Origin: Candidatus Poribacteria bacterium
GTDB lineage: Bacteria; Poribacteria; WGA-4E; UBA9662
Length of the DNA: 47,688 nucleotides
Reading direction: 5' to 3'
Assembly: GCA_036339735.1 (NCBI GenBank)
Contig: JAYZAL010000002.1
Span: 1 to 47,688, forward strand
Under the pieces are notes generated by a model. That model was not told the origin of the DNA. It did not search any database and saw only the letters and a list, made by a program, of their open reading frames with translations. The position numbers and the translations under genes were made by a program. Each line of letters begins with the position of its first letter. The first letter of the stretch is position 1. Of this stretch, positions 1-8,992 are shown in pieces.

Positions 1-140
1 ACGAAGTAGCTATCTTTCACAGCGCCCTTAGCAATGCGGATGTTAATAAAATCATGAAAACTGGATTTAAAGCTATGACAACTGCGGTAGACCCTAGAAA
101 CCGGTTAACCTCAACTTGGGCCCAAATACGTAAAGAATAA
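1..140 (+). CDS. C-terminal fragment of a LamG/concanavalin A-like domain protein (5' end outside window)
   Basis: Frame from nt 3 reads EVAIFHSALSNADVNKIMKTGFKAMTTAVDPRNRLTSTWAQIRKE*. This parallels the end of the next ORF (DEVAIFHSALSDEDIKAI...VNARGRLPVIWADLKEKQ). Confidence 0.85.
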   Translation, partial: EVAIFHSALSNADVNKIMKTGFKAMTTAVDPRNRLTSTWAQIRKE

Positions 141-166
141 CGGTATTAATCAACTAGATTTTTGTT

Positions 167-204
167 AAAAAGGCCCTACATAGTAAACTGTGTAGGGCCT
201 TTTT
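167..204 (+). terminator. Rho-independent terminator (possibly bidirectional)
   Basis: aaaaaggccctaca-tagtaaactg-tgtagggccttttt hairpin with A-tract before and T-tract after, 26 bp past the stop at 140. Confidence 0.85.
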
Positions 205-285
205 CCTACTTACTGCATCATTTTTACCAAAACGACTAGGAAATTGATTGATAATTTTACATCTATAATAATGGGGTATAGATAA

Positions 286-1059
286 ATGCTACACAAGATA
301 CGGTATATTTGTTTCGGTATTGCATTGTTTTATATGGTTGGGGTCAACTTGGGTGAAGCTAAAACGGATATTGATAAGCTATTGGAATCAGCGGTAGGTG
401 TGTGGTTGTTTGATGAAGGTAATGGTGAAATAGCGAAAGATATATCGAAAGAAGGTAACCATGGAAAACTCGTCAAGGCACCAAAATGGATTAATGGTAA
501 GTTCGGCAAAGCTTTAGAGTTTAACGGTAAGGATAATTGCGTTCAAACTGAGCAAAAACTACTAGATAACCTTAAGGAATTCACTCTCTCCTGCTGGATC
601 AAAACAGGAAAAATGACAGGTGGCCGTATCGGTTTGGTGGGACAAAATAACTCACCTGAGTTCGGCTTTAATAACCCGAAAACACTTTGGCTTTGGACTC
701 CCGCTGGCGATCTTCAAGCTCCGTGGAAACATGGAGCACCATCCAAAGACTGGCATCATGTCGCTGGAGTAGCTTCCAAGAAACATTTGAGGGTCTATGT
801 CGACGGTGAAGTTACAGAAGGCGGTGGCGGTGGGCCGTTTGGCTCTTCACCATTTAACGTAAATATTGGAGGCTGTGGCATTTGGGACGCAAATGGTAAC
901 TGGTTTACTGGCGCCATGGACGAAGTAGCCATTTTTCATTCAGCCCTTTCTGATGAAGATATAAAGGCAATTGCCAATCAAGGAATTACCGGTCTTTTGT
1001 CTGTAAATGCCAGAGGAAGATTACCCGTCATTTGGGCTGATCTGAAAGAGAAACAGTAG
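286..1059 (+). CDS. Secreted LamG-like jellyroll domain protein
   Basis: Signal-peptide-like N-terminus; motifs VGVWLFDEGNG, GKFGKALEFNG, FTLSCWIK, WHHVAGV, LRVYVDG, FTGAMDEVAIF. Confidence 0.9.
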   Translation: MLHKIRYICFGIALFYMVGVNLGEAKTDIDKLLESAVGVWLFDEGNGEIAKDISKEGNHGKLVKAPKWINGKFGKALEFNGKDNCVQTEQKLLDNLKEFTLSCWIKTGKMTGGRIGLVGQNNSPEFGFNNPKTLWLWTPAGDLQAPWKHGAPSKDWHHVAGVASKKHLRVYVDGEVTEGGGGGPFGSSPFNVNIGGCGIWDANGNWFTGAMDEVAIFHSALSDEDIKAIANQGITGLLSVNARGRLPVIWADLKEKQ

Positions 1060-1092
1060 ATTTCATTTATTCAGTAGAAATAAAAGTTAATT

Positions 1093-1125
1093 AGCCCCAA
1101 GCATAGTCCTTTGGGGCTTTTTTTT
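1093..1125 (+). terminator. Rho-independent terminator
   Basis: agccccaa-gcatagtcct-ttggggct followed by a T run, downstream of the LamG gene. Confidence 0.8.
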
Positions 1126-1147
1126 GATCGTCTATATTGGAAATTAC

Positions 1148-3721
1148 ATGAGATTCCTTTTTGCTTTTTCGACTTTTTTCGTTCTATTTCTTGGGGCGAC
1201 ATACGCTGAATGGAATTTGATGACGGGTGGGGTGCCTGATAATCGGTTTGGGCATAGCGTTATTTGGACAGAAAGTGAGATGATAATCTGGGGGGGGGTC
1301 AGTCAAGATCATTATCTAAATGATGGATGTCGTTACGATCCACAACAGGACCGATGGATTCCGGTCAGCCAACAGCAAGCACCATCAGCCCGTGGTGGAC
1401 ATACTACCATTTGGACCGGTCAAGAAATGATCATTTGGGGTGGTTTTGATCAGAATGGCACAGCTCTAAATGATGGAGGTCGTTACGACCCCCAAAAGGA
1501 TCGATGGATTCCGGTCAGCCAACAACAAGTTCCATCAGCCCGTGGTGGACATACTGCCATCTGGACCGGTCAAGAAATGATCGTCTGGGCAGGGCTTGAT
1601 CAGGCAGAGAAACCTATAAGAGACGGAGGTCGCTACGACCCCCAAAAGGATCAATGGGTTCCGGTCAGCCAACAACAAGTTCCATTGGCGCGCAGTGGAC
1701 ATACCGCCATCTGGACCGGTCAAGAAATGATCGTCTGGGCAGGGCTTGATCAGGCAGAGAAACCTATAAGAGACGGAGGTCGTTACGACCCCCAAAAGGA
1801 TCAATGGATTCCGGTCAGCCAACAACAAGTTCCATTGGCGCGCAGTGGACATACCGCCATCTGGACCGGTCAAGAAATGATCATTTGGGGTGGTTTTGAT
1901 CAGAATGGCACAGCTCTAAATGATGGAAGTCGTTACGACCCCCAAAAGGATCAATGGATTCCAGTTAGCCAACAGCAAGCTCCATTAGCCCGTGGTGGAC
2001 ATACGGCTATTTGGACCGGTCAAGAAATGATCGTCTGGGCAGGGCTTGATCAGGCAGAGAAACCTATAAGGGACGGAGGTCGTTATAACCCCCAAAAGGA
2101 TCAATGGATTCCGGTCAGCCAACAACAAGTTCCATTGGCACGCAGTGGACATATTGCTATTTGGACCGGTCAAGAAATGATCGTCTGGGCGGGATTTGAC
2201 CAAGACAACTATTTAAATTCTGGAGGTCGTTACAATCCCCAAAAGGATCAATGGGTTCCGGTCAGCCAACAGCAAGTTCCATCAGCCCGTGGTGGACATA
2301 CTGCCATTTGGACCGGTCAAGAAATGATCGTCTGGGCAGGGCTTGATCAGGCAGAGAAACCTATAAGAGACGGAGGTCGTTACGACCCCCAAAAGGATCA
2401 ATGGATTCCGGTCAGCCAACAGCAAGTTCCATTGGCGCGCAGTGGACATACTGCCATTTGGACCGGTCAAGAAATGATCGTCTGGGCGGGATTTGACCAA
2501 GACAACTATTTGAATGATGGAGGTCGTTATGACCCCCAAAAGGATCAATGGATTCCGGTCAGCCAACAACAAATTCCATCAGCCCGTGGCGGACATACCG
2601 CCATCTGGACCGGTCAAGAAATGATCGTCTGGGCAGGGCTTGACCAACATAACTATTTGAATGATGGAGGTCGTTATGACCCCCAAAAGGATCAATGGAT
2701 TCCGGTCAGCCAACAGCAAGTTCCATCAGCCCGTGGCGGACATACCGCCATCTGGACCGGTCAGGAAATGATCGTCTGGGCAGGGCTTGACCAACATAAC
2801 TATTTGAATGATGGAGGTCGTTATGATCCCCAAAAGGATCAATGGATTCCGGTCAGCCAACAACAAGTTCCATCAGCCCGTGGCGGACATACCGCCATCT
2901 GGACCGGTCAAGAAATGATCGTCTGGGGAGGACAAAATAAGAACGGTCAAATACTCAATGGGGCAAAATACAAGTTAGAAAGAGATCAGTGGGTTGGAGT
3001 ACTGACAAATTTGGTTGAGGTTGGCCGATTCCTACATACGGCTGTTTGGACTGGCAATGAGATGATTATCTGGGGGGGCTATGTTGATAATGAAAGAGTA
3101 ACAGCTTCTGGAGCCGCTTATGTTCCAACCACCAGTAATTGGAAACCAATTATATCTAATATCGAACCTAGAGGTGGACATACGGCTGTTTGGACTGGTA
3201 GTGAGATGATCGTCTGGGCTGGAGTCGGCCTAAATAAATATTTGAACACAGGAGGACGGTATAGCCCATCTAGTAATCAGTGGCAATTAACCTCACAAGA
3301 CCAAGCTCCATCACCTCGCTTTGGACATACGGCTGTTTGGACTGGCAGTGAAATGATTATCTGGGGCGGAACTACGGCTGAAAAACCTTTGAACACAGGA
3401 GGACGGTACAGCCCATCTAGTAATCAGTGGCAATTAACCTCACAAGACCAAGCTCCATCACCTCGCTTTGGACATACGGCTGTTTGGACTGGCAGTGAAA
3501 TGATTATCTGGGGCGGATACGAAGCTAGTGGTAAATTAGCGGAAGGTGGGCGAATATATAATCCAACTAAAGATGCTTGGAGCCATCTACCAACAGATCA
3601 AAAACCAGAAGGCAAAATACTGAATAGTTTGGTTTGGACCGGTAATCAGATTATTATTTGGGGAGGATCGGATGGTCAAACACTCCTCAATTCAGGGTGG
3701 ACATTTAAGACCGGGGAATAA
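1148..3721 (+). CDS. Secreted Kelch/galactose-oxidase-like beta-propeller repeat protein with 17 repeats
   Basis: 17 copies of R-x-x-H-T-A-[IV]-W-T-G-x-E-M-I-[IV]-W-[GA]-G...G-x-R-Y-x-P-x-x-x-x-W (the last is divergent). ATG 1148 gives a signal peptide (MRFLFAFSTFFVLFLGATYA); the ORF-track TTG at 1124 lies in the terminator tail. Confidence 0.9.
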   Translation: MRFLFAFSTFFVLFLGATYAEWNLMTGGVPDNRFGHSVIWTESEMIIWGGVSQDHYLNDGCRYDPQQDRWIPVSQQQAPSARGGHTTIWTGQEMIIWGGFDQNGTALNDGGRYDPQKDRWIPVSQQQVPSARGGHTAIWTGQEMIVWAGLDQAEKPIRDGGRYDPQKDQWVPVSQQQVPLARSGHTAIWTGQEMIVWAGLDQAEKPIRDGGRYDPQKDQWIPVSQQQVPLARSGHTAIWTGQEMIIWGGFDQNGTALNDGSRYDPQKDQWIPVSQQQAPLARGGHTAIWTGQEMIVWAGLDQAEKPIRDGGRYNPQKDQWIPVSQQQVPLARSGHIAIWTGQEMIVWAGFDQDNYLNSGGRYNPQKDQWVPVSQQQVPSARGGHTAIWTGQEMIVWAGLDQAEKPIRDGGRYDPQKDQWIPVSQQQVPLARSGHTAIWTGQEMIVWAGFDQDNYLNDGGRYDPQKDQWIPVSQQQIPSARGGHTAIWTGQEMIVWAGLDQHNYLNDGGRYDPQKDQWIPVSQQQVPSARGGHTAIWTGQEMIVWAGLDQHNYLNDGGRYDPQKDQWIPVSQQQVPSARGGHTAIWTGQEMIVWGGQNKNGQILNGAKYKLERDQWVGVLTNLVEVGRFLHTAVWTGNEMIIWGGYVDNERVTASGAAYVPTTSNWKPIISNIEPRGGHTAVWTGSEMIVWAGVGLNKYLNTGGRYSPSSNQWQLTSQDQAPSPRFGHTAVWTGSEMIIWGGTTAEKPLNTGGRYSPSSNQWQLTSQDQAPSPRFGHTAVWTGSEMIIWGGYEASGKLAEGGRIYNPTKDAWSHLPTDQKPEGKILNSLVWTGNQIIIWGGSDGQTLLNSGWTFKTGE
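1331..2925 (+). repeat. Intragenic tandem array of about 11 near-identical 147/150-bp units
   Basis: Recurring blocks such as tggaccggtcaagaaatgatc and ccggtcagccaacaacaagttcca at 147 or 150 bp period. Confidence 0.95.
3241..3517 (+). repeat. Second intragenic duplication of a different repeat subtype, 147-bp period
   Basis: 3241-3370 and 3388-3517 are almost identical (tttgaacacaggaggacggta...ctggggcgga). Confidence 0.9.
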
Positions 3722-3739
3722 ATCCGCTAAGTATCGATC

Positions 3740-5188
3740 CTAATCAATATTGCTAATTTTTTTTAGCATACTTTGAGCTTGCTGGTGGTCAGGCTCAATA
3801 TTTAAAATCGCTTCGTACGCTTCTATAGCTTTTCTCTGAGCTCCCAACTGAAAAAATGTTAAACCTAATGCACCATAAGCACGAGTATGGTTTGGATTAA
3901 TTGATACTAGGCGACTGAAACACGATTTGGCCTTTTCCAGATTCCCCTTTTGAAGGGCTATTAGTCCAATTCGATAAATAGCTTTTTCATCTTCTGGCTC
4001 GACGTTGATAATTTTTTTATATTGTTCTATTGCTATTTGATACATTTGCATGTTCCAATAAACTCGAGCAAGTTGGCGTCGGTAAATAATATTAGATGGA
4101 CTTAAATCGACGGCTTTTTGGTACTTTTTGATAGATCGATCAGGTTGGTTATTTTGCTCATAGATCAAACCTAAATGGTAATTGCACTGAGCTTCTAGGT
4201 TGCCAAAATCAGTTTTCTGCCCTTCGGCAATTAGACGATTTTGTAGAGCTAATGCACTTTCCAAAATAGTAGTTGCTGTTGAATGCTGTTTTGTGTGGTA
4301 CAAACAAATGCCATAGTTAAGCCAAATCTCTGGGTCATTATCAGACACTGAGATTATCATTGAGAATTCTTTGGCCGCGCTTCGGAATAACTGCTGCTTC
4401 ATGTATCGATTGGCTCGCTCTAGAAACCAGCGAGAACTTAGCCCCAGATCCGTAACTGACTCCCAAATCGGATCTTCTATTTCTTGGTGTTCGGTAGTGG
4501 AGGCAGTATATAACTGATAACGATTGGCAGACTCAAAGTCTCCCTGTGCGAAATAAGCCTGAATTAACTTTGTTCGAGCCTCATTTTGATTGGGGTTAAA
4601 TTTCAATGCCATTTGTAGTTGTTGAGTTGCTTGTTTAAATTGTCCTTGCGAAAATGCCAATTCGCCCAACCACAGGTAAGCTAGCGAGTTTGAAGGGATA
4701 AGTTGTTGAAGTCTTTTGGTTTGTTTTTTGGCTGCTTCGATATCTCCTATTCTGCGGAGGGATTGGACTAAATAGACGTAAGCGGGCGTATATTGTGGGT
4801 TGATTTTGATTGCTCGGCTCAATGATTCGACAGCTTCGTCAGGTTGGGTAGTGTAAGTTAGCCGGCCTAAAAGATATAACCAGCGGAAATTCTGACGCTC
4901 AAATCGAATTGCATGCTGATAGCAAAACAAAGCTTCCGACGACCACCCGTGTACGTCATAAATACTACCTAAATGTCCCCAAGCTTTGCTCAAGAGTTGC
5001 GAACTTGAGCCCTCATCTTTCTGAAGTTGATCAATTTGAGATCGAGCAGAAGTAATCAACTCTTTCAACTTTTGGTTTGGCGATTGTGATAATTCAGGTG
5101 GTAAGGGTATTGGAATAACTTCGATAATAGGCTCAAAAGTCAATAAGCTAACAACGGTAGTAAAGAGCACAAAGGATAGATAGCTCAT
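3740..5188 (-). CDS. Tetratricopeptide repeat protein
   Basis: Multiple TPR motifs (AWGHLGSIY, AYLWLGELAF, IWLNYGICLY, AYGALGLTFF); N-terminal hydrophobic segment; 4-bp overlap with the upstream gene. Confidence 0.9.
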   Translation of the reverse strand: MSYLSFVLFTTVVSLLTFEPIIEVIPIPLPPELSQSPNQKLKELITSARSQIDQLQKDEGSSSQLLSKAWGHLGSIYDVHGWSSEALFCYQHAIRFERQNFRWLYLLGRLTYTTQPDEAVESLSRAIKINPQYTPAYVYLVQSLRRIGDIEAAKKQTKRLQQLIPSNSLAYLWLGELAFSQGQFKQATQQLQMALKFNPNQNEARTKLIQAYFAQGDFESANRYQLYTASTTEHQEIEDPIWESVTDLGLSSRWFLERANRYMKQQLFRSAAKEFSMIISVSDNDPEIWLNYGICLYHTKQHSTATTILESALALQNRLIAEGQKTDFGNLEAQCNYHLGLIYEQNNQPDRSIKKYQKAVDLSPSNIIYRRQLARVYWNMQMYQIAIEQYKKIINVEPEDEKAIYRIGLIALQKGNLEKAKSCFSRLVSINPNHTRAYGALGLTFFQLGAQRKAIEAYEAILNIEPDHQQAQSMLKKISNID

Positions 5189-6921
5189 CTAGGATTGCCA
5201 GTACCCTGTAAAATAGTAATTTGCTGATTTAGGTCATCAATGGTAAATTGCTCGCGTTGGCCGTCGGGCCAATCTATTTCTAATGATCTAACAGATTTGA
5301 CATCACCTAGACCAAAATGAAGGCGACAATCGTTACTACTCAGATAGCCAGAACTTGCTATTACTTGTCCCAAAAAGGATTTTTTGTCGGTTATCAGAGT
5401 AATTTTAGCCCCTAACGCCGGTCGATTATGAGTTATTGCTCGAACTGTTAACCAACTGTTTGTTTCTGAAGACTGATTTTTGAACACCCGAGGTAATTGA
5501 CCTAATCTATCTAATATCAGGTCAATGTCTCCGTCATTGTCAATGTCGCCACAGGCAAGACCACGGTTAATTTCAATGTTTTGACAGAAGGGCTCCATCC
5601 TTGAGTCAACCTCGGTAAAAATACCACTGCCATTGTTGGAGAATAACAGGTTTGGTTCTGCATAAGCATTCCAAAACGGGCTTAAGTCAGCTTGAGACAA
5701 AACTGGTCCTTTTTTAACCCTACCATTTGCTATAGCTAAATCTAAATCGCCATCATTATCAAAATCGAGCAAGGCACAACCAAAACCAGTAAAAGGAGCA
5801 TCACTACCACTAAACCCTGAGATGTCAGTATTATCCATGAAAATAGAGTATTCGGTGGCTAAATAAAGTGTATTAGTCTCACCAGTCAGGTGAGTTAGAA
5901 GTAGATCGAGACTTTGATCTTGGTTTACATCACCAATGGCAACACCCATACTTCCCTCGGCTTGCCCATAAGCATTGAAAGCCAAACCGTATAAAATTGC
6001 CTGATCCTGAAACTGACCATTATTAAGGTTCACCCATAACTGATTGGCTTCACCATCATTAGCAACATAGAAATCAATGAGACCATCGTCCGTAAAGTCA
6101 GCACAAACAACACCTAGGCCTCGAGCTGGTTTGCCTATTCCAGTATCGGTTGAAATTTCAATAAAAGTACCATCCCCCTGATTTTGGTATAGCCGATCAG
6201 GTGCAGGATTAAACACCCGTGGGTTGCAATAGTCAGGCAGTCCATGGTCTCCATAGCAAATCTGGGTATCATCGTGTACAACGTAACCAACAACATATAA
6301 ATCCAAGTCATTATCTTGATCATAGTCGACAAAAGCCGCCGCGGTGCTCCACGAAGGCTGGTTTGAAGTTCCAAATGTTTTGCTAGTGGTTTCTGTAAAG
6401 GTTCCATCTCCATTATTATGATAAAAAGCATCTTCGCCTAGATTTGTAAAGTAAACATCTAAATGACCGTCGTTATCAACATCGCCAATGGCGATACCTT
6501 GCCCATACCCTTCATCTCCAATATGACTTTGATCAGTGACGTCAATGAATGTACCATCATTTTTTTGCTCAAATAGTCGATTCTTAGTTTTGGCCTGAGT
6601 TTGTCCGGGGCGAGAGAAACGGATTTGTAGTATGTCCAAATCACCATCGTTATCATAATCAAAGACAGCAATACCACCCCCAATAACCTCTGGCAAATCG
6701 TATGTTCCATCAGGCCATGTAAAAGGTGCTGATTTCAAACCAACTTCATCTGTAATGTCACTAAAAAAAGGCTTAGCGATCTGATTTTGGCTAATCGAAG
6801 GTGAGAACCAGAGGAGAGCGACTATAGACCATAAACAAGCGAATTGACCTATTGCGACAAATCCCTTATATAGGCAGGCAGTGATAAATACCCTTAGAGT
6901 CTTTACTAAGTTATGTACCAT
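5185..6921 (-). CDS. CRTAC1-family FG-GAP repeat protein with C-terminal ASPIC/UnbV domain
   Basis: Repeated DxDNDGDLD motifs; C-terminal SGYLSSND..LHFGLG..IDWPDG. Start set at ATG 6921 rather than TTG 6975; exact start uncertain. Confidence 0.9.
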   Translation of the reverse strand: MVHNLVKTLRVFITACLYKGFVAIGQFACLWSIVALLWFSPSISQNQIAKPFFSDITDEVGLKSAPFTWPDGTYDLPEVIGGGIAVFDYDNDGDLDILQIRFSRPGQTQAKTKNRLFEQKNDGTFIDVTDQSHIGDEGYGQGIAIGDVDNDGHLDVYFTNLGEDAFYHNNGDGTFTETTSKTFGTSNQPSWSTAAAFVDYDQDNDLDLYVVGYVVHDDTQICYGDHGLPDYCNPRVFNPAPDRLYQNQGDGTFIEISTDTGIGKPARGLGVVCADFTDDGLIDFYVANDGEANQLWVNLNNGQFQDQAILYGLAFNAYGQAEGSMGVAIGDVNQDQSLDLLLTHLTGETNTLYLATEYSIFMDNTDISGFSGSDAPFTGFGCALLDFDNDGDLDLAIANGRVKKGPVLSQADLSPFWNAYAEPNLLFSNNGSGIFTEVDSRMEPFCQNIEINRGLACGDIDNDGDIDLILDRLGQLPRVFKNQSSETNSWLTVRAITHNRPALGAKITLITDKKSFLGQVIASSGYLSSNDCRLHFGLGDVKSVRSLEIDWPDGQREQFTIDDLNQQITILQGTGNPR

Positions 6922-8566
6922 TCGAACGTAGGTGAACCAAACTAAAGGTTTCGGCTGGACTGTTAGGTGCAACAAGTCCCGAGTGGTAAGCTTGAAGGCG
7001 AATTAGGTAGAGTCCATCTGGCAAACTCTCAGTTTTCCAGTCGCCCAAAAGGTGGTCAGTTGATTGACTGTTTCCTGAACCTTGGTTTATTAGCTGAAAG
7101 TTGCCAGACCCCAAAGCTGCGGCAGCCAACTTCCATCGTTGGATGGATTTACCATTTACCTGACCCAAGATTTTTACATTACCACTGATGGTTGTGAATG
7201 GAGGTGGAGATTTTAGTTCAACCCTAAAGTCGTTCTGTAAAACAATAAGCTGGCTTTCAGAATAACTACTTGCAGAATCCAATGAAATAGATTCTGCAGT
7301 CGAATAAACTGATCTGCCGTTACCGCCAATAGCGTAGAGTCGGTTTCCTACCATGCCACTTCCACCGTAGGCTCTTCCAATTTCCAAGGGAGGGAATAGT
7401 TGCCAATCAGATGTATTTAGTATCTCTGAATTCGGTAATATTTCGATTGTTTCAACAAAAGTAGACGGTTCTAGAATTGTAGGTTGCAACTGGTCCGATT
7501 GACTAGCTCTGCGAAATTGCATACCACCAATTGCGTAGATTCGATTGAGTGAGGGACGAGCTTCCACGGTTAGACCGTAACGTGTTTTATGCAGACTAGC
7601 TATAGACTTCCACTGTTCAGTTGATGCGTTATAAACCAGTACACTATTCAAAACTTGTTTGTTTATGCCCCCCACAACATAGATTTTTTCATTCAGTTCA
7701 GTTACGCCCATACTATGTCTGGGTTCTGGAAGGGGTTGACCAGTCATCCACTGATCGGCTTGGGGGTCATAAATTTCGACGACCGATAGAGCCTCTCCAT
7801 TATGTCCGCCGATAGCATAGATTAATCCATCAATTATGGCCAACCCCAACGCTCTTCTTGCTGTGGGCATAGGTTTTTTTGAAGACCATCGGTTCAATTG
7901 CACATCATACGCTTCTACCACTGCTAAATCACCATCTCTTCCTAATCCACCAATAGCATATATCGTCCCCCCGACCGTTACTGAGGCTAAATGTTGACGA
8001 GGTGTAGGCATCGCGTCAATTTTATACCATCCTTCAGTCTCTACATCATAAAACTCAGCACTGGCAGTTAAGCGACAACCATTCCACCCACCAAAAGCAT
8101 AGAGCCTACTTTGATGACTCGTAACGGAATGTCCCTGCCTAGATGCTCGCATCACTGGCATCTTCAACCAACCTGATGAGGTATTGTTGAAATAAGTAGG
8201 AACTCGGACCTGTATTTGTGGGACCACTGTTTTTAGGATTGGTAATTGGTGTGTGTGCCAAGCCAAGAACCCACGTTGATAATTCATTTGTGTTGGCTGG
8301 CCAAAATCAGTTGGGCAGTGCTTGATTGAATCTACTGGTATCTGTTGCCAAGAACGACCATCAAGGCTATATTCCCAATTACCTACTTGCAAATCGGGAT
8401 GAGCGGGAAGAGTATAATGTACTAATACAGTACCCGTATTGCCTTGCACCAAATCAATATCTAGCTTGACTGAACTAGTTGAATCTGAGGCGGACGATGT
8501 AATCAAAGACAAGGTCAACAATAGCAAAATCACTAGCATTGTCATTGGAAATGGTCTGTTTTGCAT
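6911..8566 (-). CDS. Secreted Kelch-repeat protein with N- and C-terminal beta-sandwich-like extensions
   Basis: Six KLHL-like repeats (LYAFGG, IYAIGG x3, IYVVGG, LYAIGG); signal peptide; C-terminal WKTESLPDGLYLIRLQAY, an Ig-like motif. Confidence 0.88.
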   Translation of the reverse strand: MQNRPFPMTMLVILLLLTLSLITSSASDSTSSVKLDIDLVQGNTGTVLVHYTLPAHPDLQVGNWEYSLDGRSWQQIPVDSIKHCPTDFGQPTQMNYQRGFLAWHTHQLPILKTVVPQIQVRVPTYFNNTSSGWLKMPVMRASRQGHSVTSHQSRLYAFGGWNGCRLTASAEFYDVETEGWYKIDAMPTPRQHLASVTVGGTIYAIGGLGRDGDLAVVEAYDVQLNRWSSKKPMPTARRALGLAIIDGLIYAIGGHNGEALSVVEIYDPQADQWMTGQPLPEPRHSMGVTELNEKIYVVGGINKQVLNSVLVYNASTEQWKSIASLHKTRYGLTVEARPSLNRIYAIGGMQFRRASQSDQLQPTILEPSTFVETIEILPNSEILNTSDWQLFPPLEIGRAYGGSGMVGNRLYAIGGNGRSVYSTAESISLDSASSYSESQLIVLQNDFRVELKSPPPFTTISGNVKILGQVNGKSIQRWKLAAAALGSGNFQLINQGSGNSQSTDHLLGDWKTESLPDGLYLIRLQAYHSGLVAPNSPAETFSLVHLRSNGT

Positions 8567-8641
8567 CTCAATCCTTTTATATCCTATCTTTTTAGGTCCA
8601 CGGATTCACAATTAACGCATACGATACTACCATTATGGATC

Positions 8642-8977
8642 TTAATCGAGCTCTCTAATCACAGTACCAAATTTTTTCCCTAATACTTCTATACCAGTTG
8701 AAACTGTTCCCTGCACCAATACCCTTTCGCCACGCTTAGGAATTTGATTGGACGAAATAACCCAAATTCGGCCACTGTTGTCTTCGATCTGATAAATTCC
8801 TGTTTGGATACCAGGTATTGTCAGTGTCTCTTGTACTTTGCCTCTGACAGTAACTAATTGGTCTTTATACCGGTCGATATTTTGTTGAACAGTAGCAATC
8901 TTGCTAACACAACCAGAAAAAAACAATAACTGTAAAAAGAAAAAACTCCGTAGTAAGTGAAGATGTGTTGTTGACAT
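8642..8977 (-). CDS. Small OB-fold lipoprotein
   Basis: Lipobox-like FFSG-C; VTVRGKV...YQIEDNSGRIWV...GERVLVQGTV fits an OB fold. Confidence 0.7.
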   Translation of the reverse strand: MSTTHLHLLRSFFFLQLLFFSGCVSKIATVQQNIDRYKDQLVTVRGKVQETLTIPGIQTGIYQIEDNSGRIWVISSNQIPKRGERVLVQGTVSTGIEVLGKKFGTVIRELD

Positions 8978-8992
8978 ACTGACCTGTACAAT

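Noticed and set aside
1535-2572. Three repetitive minus-strand ORFs
   Set aside because: Antisense shadows of the Kelch repeats.
1331-2925. CRISPR-like alternation of constant and variable segments
   Set aside because: Units are 147/150 bp, in frame and protein-coding; the variable parts are reused rather than unique; no cas genes are present.
6922-6975. Longer TTG start for the CRTAC1 gene
   Set aside because: It overlaps the Kelch gene further, and a downstream ATG is available.
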